The position numbers and the translations under genes were made by a program. A DNA stretch of 62,728 nucleotides, the filler included, from Basidioascus undulatus (taxonomy: Eukaryota), in the NCBI GenBank assembly GCA_000826855.1. It is 14 parts of 14 records of this genome, joined end to end, with 100 filler letters (N's around TTAATTAATTAA, not from the genome) between each part and the next. Parts side by side here need not be neighbours in the genome. Positions count along the whole stretch, not along the records: positions 1 to 23,719 come from JTLS01000259.1; 13 more parts are not named here. The stretch is one strand, 5' to 3'. Below are positions 1 through 12,335 of the stretch, one piece after another. The notes beneath the pieces were generated by a model that worked only from the letters and a program-made list of their open reading frames with translations, was not told where the DNA came from and searched no databases. Each line of letters begins with the position of its first letter. The stretch's first letter is position 1.

Positions 1-952
1 CGGTCGGATGGAGGGGCGCGAGGGCGGGGTGCGTGAGCGGGACGAGGGAGAAGATGCACGACAGCGCTTGGCCGGTTAGGCGCTTCGCGTCATGGCTCCC
101 CCCGCTCAGGTTTTGCGTGGGCGGGCGTTGCGGGGGGTCGGTCGGCGCGTACGAATGTCGTAGAGGATCAGGAGGAGGCTGCCCCGAGCGTTGGCCGAGT
201 TGAGCACGAAGCGCCTCGTTCTCGCGCCGGAGCTCGGCGTTGTCCCTTCGTATAGATAACCCCGCTCAGCATCGTCGCCCCGAATGGTAGAGAGGAGTGG
301 GGGAAGGAGGGATTAAGCACCTCTTCACATTCTTGAGCGCCCCGAGCTCCTGGCTCGCCCGCTGGAGGACGTCCCGCTGGTGGACGACCTTGCGCCGGAG
401 GTAGATGTTGAGGTGCGTCATTTGCGAGGATTGAAACTGCAGTATGGAAAGGGTCTTTCAGCATTTCGTTGTGGCGCGGAGAAGGTGGAGAGAGATTGAC
501 CTTGAGCGCCTGGCCGAGGTCCGAGAGGAGGGAGGAGAGCGGTCGGAAGTAGACTGCGATGTCCGGGGGGAGCTGATGCAGGGGGATGTGAAGTTGTGAG
601 AGACTTCGGATAAGAGATGGGAGGAGATGTGACGCACCTCGTGCGTGAGCGGCACCAGCTGAGCACCAGCGGTTGTGCACGCCGGACAGACAGTCGGGTC
701 CCTCTCTGTCGCCGCCCACAGTGCACCCTATTCAGCGTCGTCCGCCGCCCCGCACGTCCGCATCAACGTACGCGACTTTCTGCACCCATGACAGACGACG
801 CATCCGCAACTTGTGATCCAGAACTCGCCCGCGAGCTCGCCCTCGGGGGTGAACGTCTCTTTAAGGCACAGCTCGCAGTGGACGAAGCTCAAGGGCGAGG
901 TGAACGCGTCCGGGGCTGCTGCTGCTGACACTGACGACTCGGCGCCGTTCAT
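1..952 (-). CDS. Zip3/RNF212-like RING (zf-RING_5) meiotic E3 ligase, multi-exon, 3' end outside the window
   Basis: N-terminal FVHCELC...FWITSCGCVVCHGC, then LPPDIAVYFRPLSSLLSDLGQALK, an intron, then FQSSQMTHL and a coiled-coil-like segment. This matches the RING + 'YF...FQ' + coiled-coil layout of RNF212/Zip3. Confidence 0.7.
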
Positions 953-1177
953 TGTCTGCGGGGCATCGTGCGCGGTGTATGCGCGGGGAAACGAGCGTAA
1001 GGAGGGCAGGCGGGCTGGAGGGGCAAGGGGAGGATGAGGGCGGGAGACAAAAGAGCATGCGCGCCTGCGACGCATCTTCGGGATCTTTCGAGCCGCTGCG
1101 TGGGCGCCTGTCCACGCGTACGATACGCCGCTTGCCTCTGCCTACCATCATCAACTTACACCGCACACGCAAAATTC

Positions 1178-2180
1178 ATGGAAAACAGCCAAGTCCCCAC
1201 CAGCAGCATCGGCAACGATAGCACCATTCAAGTCGCTCCGCCGTGAGTCTGAAGCTCTTGAAAGCTTTCAAGCCTGACCGCATGCGTTTACACCCTCGTC
1301 TCTCCTTTAGGCCGTGGACACTGAACGGATAGGCTACCTGATCCTCTACAGCGCTCCCTACTTGACGCTCCCCCCCGACGCGTATCCGGCCGTCGAGCGT
1401 GGTGCGCCGCAGCAGGGCGCTTTCGCGGGCGGCCTGGGCGCTATGGTCCTCCTCCGCTACACGGACAGCCCCGTCGGTGAGTAGCGGACGTCATGCGGGA
1501 AGGTTTACCGTGCTGAACCGTCATCGGAGGGGCGGGAAGGACCTTATGACGAGCTCATGTTTATTCCTGGTCAAATGGAGCACCCAAACAGCAGCGAGGC
1601 TTTCGAGCGCATCACTACCATCTACGTCTCCACCGAAGCCTCAGGCCAGAACGGGCGGTGCGTTTCCTCACCCAAGTACACCTCTCCCTGCATACTTTCT
1701 TCTCTGACCTCCCCACTCCAGCCGCAACTGGGGCGTCCCCAAAGGCCTCGCGCACTTCTCCTTCACCCCCTCGCCCACCAGCCGTCGCACGACGCTCGTC
1801 CGCGTCTCGCACCCCTCCAGTCCCACCACGCCCTTCTTCTCGGCTCACCTCACCCCGCGCGCTTCCTTCCCCCCCTCCCCGCTCGCGTCCCCATCCCGCT
1901 CCTCCCAAAGGTTGGGCTGCTCGCGCAGCCGCCGCTCCCGCGCGAGGACAACGTGGTCGTCGCCAGCGAGGGGTTGAAGCTCACCCGCACTAGGGCCAAG
2001 TGCTGGAGCCGCTTGTGCTGGGTCGAGCCTGGGGTGGAGGGAGAGCGATATGGTGATGGGGAGGCGTTTGCGGAGTTGAAGGATGGGCTGAGGGGGTGGG
2101 GTCTGAGTTTGGAGGATGTCGAGGTGGTGTTCCCTGAGCCGGAGGCGGTTGGGTGCGAGGAGGGTAAGGAGGCGAAGTGA
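1178..2180 (+). CDS. Acetoacetate-decarboxylase-like (ADC superfamily) protein; two apparent frameshifts
   Basis: Spliced motifs APPPWTLNG, FAGGLGAMVLLRYTDSPVG|PYDELMFIPG, RITTIYVS and NGR|RNWGVPKGLAHF. The frame breaks near 1330 and in a C-rich run near 1855. Confidence 0.7.
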
Positions 2181-2871
2181 TCGGATAGGAGGTGATATTG
2201 ATCTCGAGCCCACCATGTACTTCTCGACTTTGGGCGCCATTGCAACTGTGATCTGCCTGACTGCGTTGTTTCAGCGTTGCGAACCCCGGTTGTGTCGTTC
2301 TCGCTGCATGTCGGTCTCCGGGACTCAAAAAATCTTTTCATCGGATCTCAATTTATGATGGTTTGAATTTGTTTTTAGGTCTCTTTGGGTAATCACTGCA
2401 GATGTCGCGTTGGGCCACCAGACAGGATTTGCCGAAGCCCTGCCACGTCGGGCAGTCCGGCGTGAGCGACGGGAAACTGATATCCTACGCGACTTGAACG
2501 AGGAGGCGGATAGGGCATTAACCACTGAAATAATACTGGAAATGAGATAAATTTACATTTGAAGTCGACTTCCGGCTGGCAGCCCTTATGGATGGACCTC
2601 GAGGGAGCGATTGGACCCAGCATCCGCACCACATGTCTGACAGGTACAGTAACGCAAATAATCTCATACAGCTGACTACATCTGCTGGGCGCCTTGATTT
2701 GTTATTGGCACATTGTAACACCGGTCTGCGCGGCCCTCGATGTCGCTGAAGGTGTCGCACCTCCTCAATCGCCGAAGCCAGTAGGGTAGGGGAAGACCGG
2801 AGACCGCGACTACACAAATCGCCGGTGCCCATGTCCAACAGTGTCATACTCCTATTCCTCTCCTATTGAGC

Positions 2872-3160
2872 ATGCCACTCGTCGAGCTCACCACCAATAT
2901 CTCGGTCAGTGTCTCCCAACAGAGCGACGCTGCTAGGTTGTCTGCCTCGTACTGACCCACTGCCGATCACGTGTACAGATCCAGAATCCCCGCGCCCTCG
3001 CGTTCAAATTATCCAAGACATGCAGTTTGACCTCACCTAACATATTGTTCATGGCACAGTGCACTCACCGTCTGAGGCCCCCCATCCAGTTCGTAGCGGA
3101 CAATATCGCCGGCTTTCTAAAGGACACGCTCGGGCTTGATGCCGGCAGAGGATACATTTG
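2872..3160 (+). pseudogene. MIF/tautomerase-family gene, apparently internally deleted
   Basis: Exon 1 MPLVELTTNIS (Pro1), GT..AG intron, exon 2 IQNPRALAFKLSK. Only ~80 nt later comes the C-terminal IAGFLKDTLGLDAGRGYI, so the central MIF segment is not visible. Confidence 0.6.
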
Positions 3161-3733
3161 CGTACTCTATTCTCCCCCTCGGAAAGCTTGAGAACAGGTC
3201 TGGCCTGAATTATGTTGTACTGCAAATTATGTTGTACTTCAGTCTGTTCGAAGTCCTGCCTGCTCGGAAGCTTGGTTGCGTCGTTTGGTTTCGACTGCTC
3301 GGTGGAGTGGCCCTGAGACTGGCTCGCCTGAACGCTCATCTTTACATGCTTCAAGGGATGACCGTAGACAAGCTGCTGGTTCCCTTATCAAGTGAACCGT
3401 TAGAGGACCGAAGGCGGCTGTTGCAGGCCTGTTGACAAAAACCTCCTTTGTCGTTCGCCAGCATGCCCGAGACTATATAGAGTGAGAGCTTCAGGACCGA
3501 CCTATGCGTGGTACCTAAGCGGGCACCTTACCACTTATGCAGCAAATCTGCAAAATGAAACAAGAAGTCAACCTGCTCCTGATCCCGCCGAACGGGACAT
3601 GATGTCCAAAGTCGCTGGTCGTCTGGCCAAAATACCCCAGTAAACTTGCTGAGCGCGCTGTCTTGGGCTTGAAACGGCCCCATATTCAACACTCAGCAAG
3701 GGGGTGCAATCCGGACTTTACAAGTAAGATATA

Positions 3734-4580
3734 TTAGAACTCCTCCCAATCCACAGCCTGTAATCCGGGCCTAACCTGCACGCACTTTGCCTCCGCGGCC
3801 TCCTCATTCCTCCTCCAGCTCTTCAACACCTTCCCCGACCGATCGACCTCCTCCAGCGAGTCCACCATCGCTGCGACCTGTTCCAGCGCTTCCTCCGCAA
3901 GCGCGTCCTTGCTTGTGCCCGCGACCCACCTGAACCGAATCCCCCTCCACTGCGGGTGCAGCGCGACCCGCCAGCGGAGTACGTCCGCCTCCGTCCCCTC
4001 CAGACACATCGCCTGCAAGCTCTCGGGCAGCCCCCCCGCAAACGCGAGGTGTCCCAGCGCGTGGCCCGTGATGTGTAGCCGCTTGAGGTGGGGGAGCGCT
4101 TCACCCAGCCGGGAAAGGGCGGCGTGCTGCGCTTGGCGCGCGGTGCGGTCGGGCACGAGGCGCGGGGGACGGCAGACAAGGAGGTGTAGCGAGCGGAGGG
4201 AGAATCCGATGCGTGAGAGGAGGGAGATCCAGTGTGAGGGGGAGGGGGAGGAGAGCTCTAGCGTTATGGGTAGCTGCGCGAGGGAGGGGTGCGAGGAGAG
4301 CGTGCGGTGGAGGAGGGACGCGGAACGGTCCGAGGTGAGGGTGGGGGACTTGTAGAGGAGCTCGGAGGCGATCTGGTTGAAGCAGGAGTCAGTATGACGG
4401 TCCCTGATGGGGAGAAGGGAAGGTGCACACCGAGTAGAATTGCCGCGAGACCAGCGCCAGACGCGCATATGCGCCGCTGAGCTCGACGCGCCCTGCTGTG
4501 CTCACAGGGAAGCAGCGCGGCAGGTGCTCTTGGAAGACGAACAGCAGAAGCTCAGGCGGGAGGTTCGAATGGCGGGACAT
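3734..4580 (-). CDS. F-box-like protein
   Basis: Starts MSRHSNLPPELLLFVFQEHL...YARLALVSRQF. One intron (~4380-4430) leads into the long ORF 3734-4468, which has LRR-like LxxLxL segments. Confidence 0.6.
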
Positions 4581-6266
4581 AGTGGTCCAGTAAGTCAGTT
4601 GAGGCTGGAGGACGAGGAGGAAAGGATCAAGGAGGAAGATAAGCAGGTCCTCGTCTGCTTGACGAACCTCTCTCAAAATTGATTGATGACGGAATCTTCG
4701 CCCTCTTCCTTTCCTGCAACTTGAGCGTTTGCATAGAGCCTTCATCAAAGAACTTGTTACAGTCCGAGAGCGCCCGGCCGCGGGGAAACGATAAGAGAGC
4801 GCATCGATGAGATGTTGACGACATTTGGACAAGCCTGACGCCGTGGCGCAATGGCCGTCGACTTTTCCCGCTTTCGCGGACGTTGCGCCATCATAGGCAC
4901 GCTCGCGTCGGGGAGGGGTTTGAATGAAAATATTCACATTCACGTCGTACCCATCGATATCGTGGGGCCTGCCTAACCTGACCAAAGCCTGCTTGTTGAA
5001 TGTGGCAGGTTGTGGCATGGCTGACTTACATGTTATCGCTGCAGGCATTTTCCCGCTCTTCCGTTCAGGATAGGATACGGTTGAAGGGCCTTATCCTTTG
5101 TGCTTCTCCGTACATTTTCAGGAAGCGACCGAAGCAAGCAGCTTCTAGATCCTGCATAATGTGAAAGTCTGGCAGTTCGGAGCAGTGCGTTAAAAACCTG
5201 CTGCCTTGATCTCTCGGAAGGGGTCTCACAATACTAGGTGATTTTTTGCACACCGTATGGCTCTAAGCGGTTAAGAATAGCTTCGTGAAAGCCACACTGT
5301 CCGTTGGCCAGATAGGAGGACCCTTGTCCTAATGGTAAGACCTCTTTGTCGCCTTCTACCGGACATTCTCAACCACCGCTCTGACCGTGAGCCTCTGAGG
5401 CCGAGGATCACCAGCGGCTGCCTGCAGTTCACTTCCAGAGAACATCTTACTATTTCCTTGACTTTCCGGAATAATTCCCTGCAAAAATGCTGTTCTTATC
5501 AACCGTGCACACTTCTCTCGAGCGTCGAGGATGTCACTGTGAGTCTTTCGTTCTGCCATCTTGCATTTACTTTCGATGGGGGGAACCTCTATGCAAGTGG
5601 AACGAAAGCGGTGCGCAAAAAGAACCAGAGCTTATTACCGAATGATGGTTCTCACTGTGCCCCACATGTCTGCATGACCTGCGGTGTACCGCAAAGGCGA
5701 GGCGTATAATTGGGTGAGTCCAGCATGCAGTCCCCAGATGAAGGGGTTACGGCGAAAGTTGGCTGTGACCGCTTTGGCAGTGAAAGAAAAAGCACGGTAC
5801 GTTTCAGCACTGTGCAAGACGGTTATACTCTCGTTTCGGCAGTTGAAGAGCGTGTGTTCGTTTTGCTAACGGCCAAGGGTGGTCCTTCGCTGTATCGCTC
5901 TCGCTGGCTCATTATCTGGTACGGCGACCGTACCGGGCGAAGGCCAGCCTGACATGACTACAAAAGATCGTCCTCAATTCGGGCAGTGATCCGGACATGG
6001 GAGTTGGTGGACACTGGGTGTACGTTGGGCCAGTTGGCTTCAGCTGAAAAGTTGTCCGCCCACCGAAATAAACGCTTGGCACACTTCCGACAATGGGGGC
6101 CACAGAGACTATGAACTGAACACTCGCCCAGCTCGAGTGATGTAGTAGTCCATCTTGCTAGACCATAACGGTAGAGTGTGATCGGCGGACTTCAAGGCTT
6201 GCTCAGGTCGTTGTCGCCGCACTACTGAGTGTAGGCCTAGCTACCTATTTCTCAGCAGCCTGTCAA

Positions 6267-7013
6267 GTGCTGCTTCCGTTTGCCCTTGACGTACTACTAC
6301 CTGTGCTAACTCACGCACTATTCCTGGCCTTCTGTGCTAGTCTGAGTCTGAGCCTCTATATCTTGAAGGCTACCTGTGACGCAGGCACAGTACTGGTGCA
6401 AGTCTACTGTGGCGTCTGGCTGTTTCTGCTGACAACTACTGATGGGAAGAGATTCGCTATTTCAGCGGGCTCGGACTATTACTCTCGTGACGTGCTAGTA
6501 CTACTCGTAGTACCTATGGCTATGCTACTGCTCTGGGTCCTACCACTCGTTGAGAAGGGACTCAACGGTTCGTTCTTCGCTATCGCTACGCTGGTCATCG
6601 CTGTCCAATCGGTAGTACTGATTGCCAAGGCTCAGTACAACAGTCTTGCGTCGAACCAGCTCCCTTCTTCTGCTTCGCTTCAAAAAGCAAAAAGAAGAGG
6701 AGGAGACGATAACGAACCGTCTCCGCTTCTTAAAGCGGAGCAGAGCCCTGGTGGTCCGGGCCCATCAGGTCCGATGAGCTTCTCAGTGTTGCCGAAGGAT
6801 TTCGGCCTGCTGTCTGGGTTCTGTCGAAACTACCCGCATTATATTAGACCTCACTGGGATTCAATAGAACCAGAGGCATGGGTTGTTCGTTGGCTGAGCG
6901 TGCGAACCGCTGGAACCGAAAACCTCTCGAGGGCGCCAGTCCAGCCACGGAAGTCGTTCGGCAGCCTCGCGCAAGCTCGCGCGACTTGTCCCTCGCGCGA
7001 CTTGTCCCTCTAG
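6267..7013 (+). CDS. Hypothetical intronless membrane protein
   Basis: 248-codon ORF with several hydrophobic stretches in the N-terminal half. No family recognised and the start codon is uncertain. Confidence 0.3.
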   Translation: MLLPFALDVLLPVLTHALFLAFCASLSLSLYILKATCDAGTVLVQVYCGVWLFLLTTTDGKRFAISAGSDYYSRDVLVLLVVPMAMLLLWVLPLVEKGLNGSFFAIATLVIAVQSVVLIAKAQYNSLASNQLPSSASLQKAKRRGGDDNEPSPLLKAEQSPGGPGPSGPMSFSVLPKDFGLLSGFCRNYPHYIRPHWDSIEPEAWVVRWLSVRTAGTENLSRAPVQPRKSFGSLAQARATCPSRDLSL

Positions 7014-7487
7014 GCCCCTTGGCTTTGCTTTTATTTTCCTCTCTTCTAAGTACTTCCACTTGCATCGCATCCGAAAACGCAGTATATGCTCACTTTTGAC
7101 CTGGTAGGTACGACACATTCTTAAGCTTCGGTCATGACCGTGTTCGGCACCAGAAGGGGTCGGCAAAACACCCACGAGCGGCACATGGCGACACGGCGTC
7201 CATCCCGCCCCCGCATTACTCAGGTCCCCGCTCCCCTCATCCACTCTCCCAGGACACCCAAATGGTGTCTTCACAAGTCCCCCAGGTCTGGACGACGCTC
7301 CACTCCCTTCTCCAAGGCAAAATAATCGGCTCTCAGTCCTTTTCAACTCTTTCTCTCACCTTCTCACTTCTTCACACTTGGCACTGCCTCCTCGCACGGT
7401 GGCCCCCTGCCGCTCCTTTATCTCTTCCATCCTTCGATATGCTCTCCAGTCTTCGATACCGGTTCGAAACGAACCAGGCGGCCCTCT

Positions 7488-8428
7488 GTGCGACATTCCA
7501 TCCCTCGCAAGCCCTCCAAGCCGTCGGACGTGTCCGACCGGACGCCGCTCAGCTCATTCATTTTTCGCCTTCGCGCCTACGCCCCGCGACCTTCGCGTGC
7601 AGCGCTATCAATCCTCCTTCTCCTTCTCTTCGCCTTCTTCTTTTTCAAGCCCTTCACCTTCACCCCTGTGGACGTCGCGACCGCCGACTCCAAGCTGCTG
7701 CACCGTCACGCAGCGGAGCCCGCGCAACAAGTCCTCGCCGGCTACCCACCGTTGCGCGCCCTTTCCGCGATCCCCGATTCGGAGTCCCCCGCGACCGCGC
7801 CCGTCCGCGAGGCGATCAAGCTCTCGAAGGAGGACGAGCTCGCCGTGCTGGTCGCTTACATCGCCGGCTCGCGCCTCAACGCCGTGTCATCCGACTACGA
7901 CACGCGGAAGCCGCTCGCCGTTCATGGCCTGAACGGCCTCGACCTGAAGGCGGAGAACGCGAGGGAGAAGATGGACCGGTTGAAGAAGGAGGCGGCGGAA
8001 CGGTTCCCGTTGGTCATTTTCGGCAAGGTGAGTCTGCGATTCTTCGCGATGTGGTGGGAGTCGGGATCATTCTGAAAGCACCGCTGCGCACAGACGACTG
8101 GTCCTGAGTTCCATCAGATCCGGGCTCTGCTCGGCACGCTCGTCATCAAGCCTTCTCCTGCTCTCATCATGAACGGGCTCCGCTGTACGTCGTCTTTGTC
8201 GCTCTGTCAACATATACGGTCGCATATTGACACGGTCTCTTTGTACAGCCGATTCGGGTCTGCTCAAGGAGGTCCTTGCCCGCCTGACGCACCGCAAGAC
8301 CCTCCCGCACGTTATCATAGGGGCGCGCGACGACATCGGCGGCGCGGCAAGAGCTGCAGGCGATGCACCAGAAGGGCGACCTGGCGGAGAGGCTGCGGGA
8401 GCTCGGCGCAACTGTTCAGCAGCGCTGA
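7488..8428 (+). CDS. Signal-anchored glutaredoxin-like protein lacking the active-site Cys (start codon uncertain)
   Basis: N-terminal TM (AALSILLLLLFAFFFF), then FPLVIFGK|TTGPEFHQIRALL, LKEVLARLTHRKTLPHVIIG..DIGG. After a 1-nt shift near 8348 it ends ELQAMHQKGDLAERLRELG*, a typical glutaredoxin C-terminus. Confidence 0.7.
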
Positions 8429-8668
8429 CGATGTTTCTTCCTTCGGCACTTCTGTGTCACTGTTGTATTACCAGTCTGCGGATGGAATATGCTGGTCGGG
8501 TACCAGCATTTCCAACATCTCTCTTGTGCTCATCGGAAGACGTCTGCGCGACTGTGAGCGTTAAAGCATCCTGCAGCCACGCAGGTGTACAGAAAGACAG
8601 GCTTCCAACGATCACGCTACAGCAATCCGGCACGGCACACGTTCACGCTTGCAGTCATTCATGCTAGT

Positions 8669-9657
8669 CTACGTGTCATACGGCGGAAGGCCCCAGTCCT
8701 CCGGCTTGAAGTGCTCGAGCGACGGCAGGACAAGATGCGCGCCCTCCGAAGAGCCCGGATTCAGAGCCGCGAGCTCCGGTTCCGGTACCCAGACGACTGG
8801 CGATGGTGTAGCAGTCAGCGCCCTTTCCACCTAACAAAAGTCTACCAGTGTCGACACGCACCGTTCATCCCCGCCCTCAGGCCCGCTTCCACGCCCGGTT
8901 TCGCATCTTCGAAGACCAGGCAATTGCGGCGCGCCTCGGCCTGCGCCTCAGTCGGCTCGCTGTCCGCGTCGCCCACCTGCACGCCGAGCGCACGCGCAGC
9001 CTGCAGGAAAACGTCCGGGTTGGGCTTGCCGCGGCCTTTGGGAATATCGTCTGCGGTGATGACATGCGGGCCGAAGAGCGCGAAGACGGCGGAGTTCGTC
9101 GCGGACGAGGTCTTGAGGTTGTAGGAAGACCGGCGGGAACCGGTCGCTACCTGGACGTGGGGTACGGCTATGTCAGTGCGCGGTCGTAACGACTGGTGAG
9201 CTGGTAACTGGCAGCAATGGGAATCTGGTGCCTATGCAGATGCCGGATGAGCTTCTCGGCGCCGGGGAGGAACGCCACGTGCGGGAAGAGCTCGTTCTGC
9301 TGCCGGTTGCGCTCGACGAGGTACTCGTCGATGGACAGCGGGATAGACACGGCGTTCAGGAGAAACTTGGAAGCGTCGCGCTCAGCTGTTAAGGATGTTC
9401 AGTACTGGAGTGCACGGGCAGCGACAATGCATGGATCGTCAGCGTACGCTTCCCCATCAGATTCGCCTTGATCGCCCAGGTAAGCTTTTTGCCATAGGGC
9501 TCGAGGATGTTGTCTGCAGAGTGAGGCGTTAATAGGTGTATACTGCATGGCAACTGTAAGCATGTAAGCACATACTCGTGACAAGCGTGTAGATCTGCTC
9601 GGAAGCGATTAGTAGTCCGTCCATGTCGAACAGGACGGCATTGATTTGCTGAGCCAT
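8669..9657 (-). CDS. HAD-family phosphatase (HDHD1/GS1/pseudouridine-5'-phosphatase-like)
   Basis: AVLFDMDGLLI (motif I), VATGS (II), GKPNPDVFL (III), CLVFEDAKPGVEAG (IV); C-terminus FKPEDWGLPPYDT*. Several introns. Confidence 0.9.
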
Positions 9658-10384
9658 GATGACCAGCGCTGTTCGATCGAGGAAACCACATGTCAGCGTC
9701 AACTGTTCATTATGCGTGCTGGCGATCATCGTAGGTTTGAAAGTCCAGGGGAGGGGATTCGAGCTGAGTAGCAGGATACACGATTCGATCGCAAAAAATC
9801 ACCGTGCCGAGCGAGTGAGTGTAGGCTGTTCTGCCGTCGTGAAGCAAGCGTGGGGCGTCCATCCAAAATGCTCGAGAAGCTCGAGAAGCATGAGCAACAG
9901 AAGCTAGCACGACTCACCGCCAGGAGGAGTAGAAGTCGAGGGGTTGAGGCTCAGAGCGCTTTTTGGCGGTTCGGCCCGATCTTGGACGAACCTTAATGTT
10001 TCTTCTTCTGCTCTCCTTCGCCTCGTACCACCATCATCGCCAGCAGCGGGCTCCAGTAATTTATCCTTTTATTGACTTTCTCAATTACTGTGAGCCTTGA
10101 AACTGCTTTGAAGCAGCTTTTCGCGTTCATGAGCTGGCGGCTGACTGTGCGGCTGTCCCCCTTTCCCCTCACCCTAGCAACGGATCCTCGAGCTGGCTCG
10201 GGCTCCGTCCGCGTCCTTCCTTAACATCTTGCCTTATTGCACGTCCCGGCGCTCGCTCTTCAAAATATCGCACAGCCAGGTGCTCCCTTCGATTTCGAAC
10301 TTGCTCGCGAGAGTGCTGCGCTCTGCCACCCTGACGGCCACCCGCCATCCAACTTTCGCCCGCCACCATTCCTTCATTTAGCTC

Positions 10385-11745
10385 ATGCTCTTCTCGGGAC
10401 GCCGATCGATTCGGACGCTTATAGTCTTTCTCACCTTCATAATCCTCTCGATCTCACTTGGGAGCGCGGCGCCGGCGGTTGTGCGGGCGGAGGAAGCGGC
10501 GGAGAGGCAGGTCTTGTTAGAGCGGAGAACGAGCTCGGGCTGCGTACGTCCATCTGGCTTCCCAGTTCCTTCTTTTGAAGGGATAACTCTGTGGTGGTCC
10601 TGTCGCTGACCGTTCTGCTTGCAGGGAGATCTGTCTGAATGCGAGAAGACGATCTCCACGCGGCAAGCACCTGTACGTCTACCTATCTCAGTGTCCTTTG
10701 AAAAGCGCACGACCAACAACCTTCCAAAGATCAACTTGCCAGCTGGGTCTGCCGGACCATTTACTGAGATTCAGCGCACGAACACGTGTGTCTCCCTCCC
10801 GTGCATAAACGTGCCAACCGCAGCCGCTCAGCGCCATACGCCTTCTCTCAGTCCCGCCGGTGTCGTTACGTCTACCTGCCTTATCACCCTCACGCCCGCT
10901 TCCGCGCCCGCCGGCACGATGTGCGCTGTTCTCGCGAGAGACTCCAACACGGGCTTGAACCTCTGCTTCCGGGTGGGGTTTGCAAGCGCGAGCGGGAGCT
11001 CGATCGTGTTCGTCGACCGGGCCTGCTCCGTCAGTGGCGTTGTCTACCTTTCCAGGGGCTCGGTCTGACTATGATGGCCTTTCAGGTTATTCTCGACGCT
11101 TCGGGCGTTTTAGCGACGTTGTCGACATCTGTAGTCTCCACAGTCTCTATCTCGAACGCGACGGCAGCCGTTTCCAGCGCTAGCACGACCACGGCTGCGT
11201 CGTCGGTCGTGTCCACGTGCGTCGTTTCGGCACCTGCCGTTACTGCTTCCGCCCAGAGCGCCATCATTGAACTGGTGTGCATTTCGCATCCAATTCCAAG
11301 GAAAGGAGCGAGGATTGACATCCAGCGTGCTAGGTCATGACAACGGGCGTCGCCACTCCAGCCGGATCCGCTCCGGCGCAGTCCGCCCCAGTCTCTACTT
11401 CCCTCACCGCTTCCATTCCCGCGCCAGCCGCTACCATCGGCGCTTCCAGCATATCCGCCAGCGCTGTCGCCGAGAACGTCTCGGTTTCCTCCATCGCCAG
11501 GGCGGCAGAGTCGGAGGCCGCTCAACTCGTTCTGGTGCGCCTGTCTGTTGAAAGCTTGGGATGTGGGCCTGCCTTCTAACGATGCGTGGAACGGGCAGCC
11601 TGGAACGCAGCTCCAAGTATTGCCGATTGGGCTAGGCGTCTTTGCTGGCGTCGCGGTTATAGCGATCTCGGTCGTGGCGTTCGTGACGTTCGAGCGGAGG
11701 AAGTACCGCGCACAGTTCCGGGAGCGAAAGATGCGTGACATCTGA
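10385..11745 (+). CDS. Secreted/type-I membrane protein with Cys-containing and Ser/Thr/Ala-rich ectodomain
   Basis: Signal-peptide-like start (TLIVFLTFIILSISLGSAA), S/T/A-rich exons and a C-terminal TM LQVLPIGLGVFAGVAVIAISVVAFVTF followed by the basic tail ERRKYRAQFRERK. Confidence 0.6.
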
Positions 11746-12335
11746 GCGTTGTACAGCTGGAACTATGAGCGTAAGTTTCAAGATTCTCGTGTTCGGCTCT
11801 GTGCTGTAGTTGTGTGCGCTGACGGGAGATCAGGTAGGTCTCCTCGACTTGCTCGTAGCTCGCAGCCTTGTGGCATCCGCATTTCGCTTTTCTTGTTATG
11901 CCGCAGGTCGGCCTTATGCAATAATCGTTGCGCCTCATTGATGCGCTGTATTGACCGCGGTGGCGTCACAAGTCGGTCTGCGTCGTGGGTGCTACATGGC
12001 TTTCGCTTCTGGAAGCGCACCGTCTGGAGCAATAAGATCAGCAAGTAAGTGAACAAAGTTGGACTTGTCCCTTGGCGAGTCGTGTACGTCTTAAGACTTC
12101 TAGGTTAGAAGGCGCCAACGCCTCTCCAGCCAGCCAGCCGACATGCAACCGCACCGTGACAGAAATGACGGTGAAGTAGACGTTGCTCAGGAAGCTAAAG
12201 ATTATCACGGTGACTCGGAAAGGTTTAGGGCAAACGTGGCAAGCTAGTTTGGCACGAAGGTGTGAGAATGCATGGAACGCCCGCCCTCGTCCGACAGAAA
12301 CGAAGTCGTCCGCGGTTCACTGTTAGAGTTGAAAG

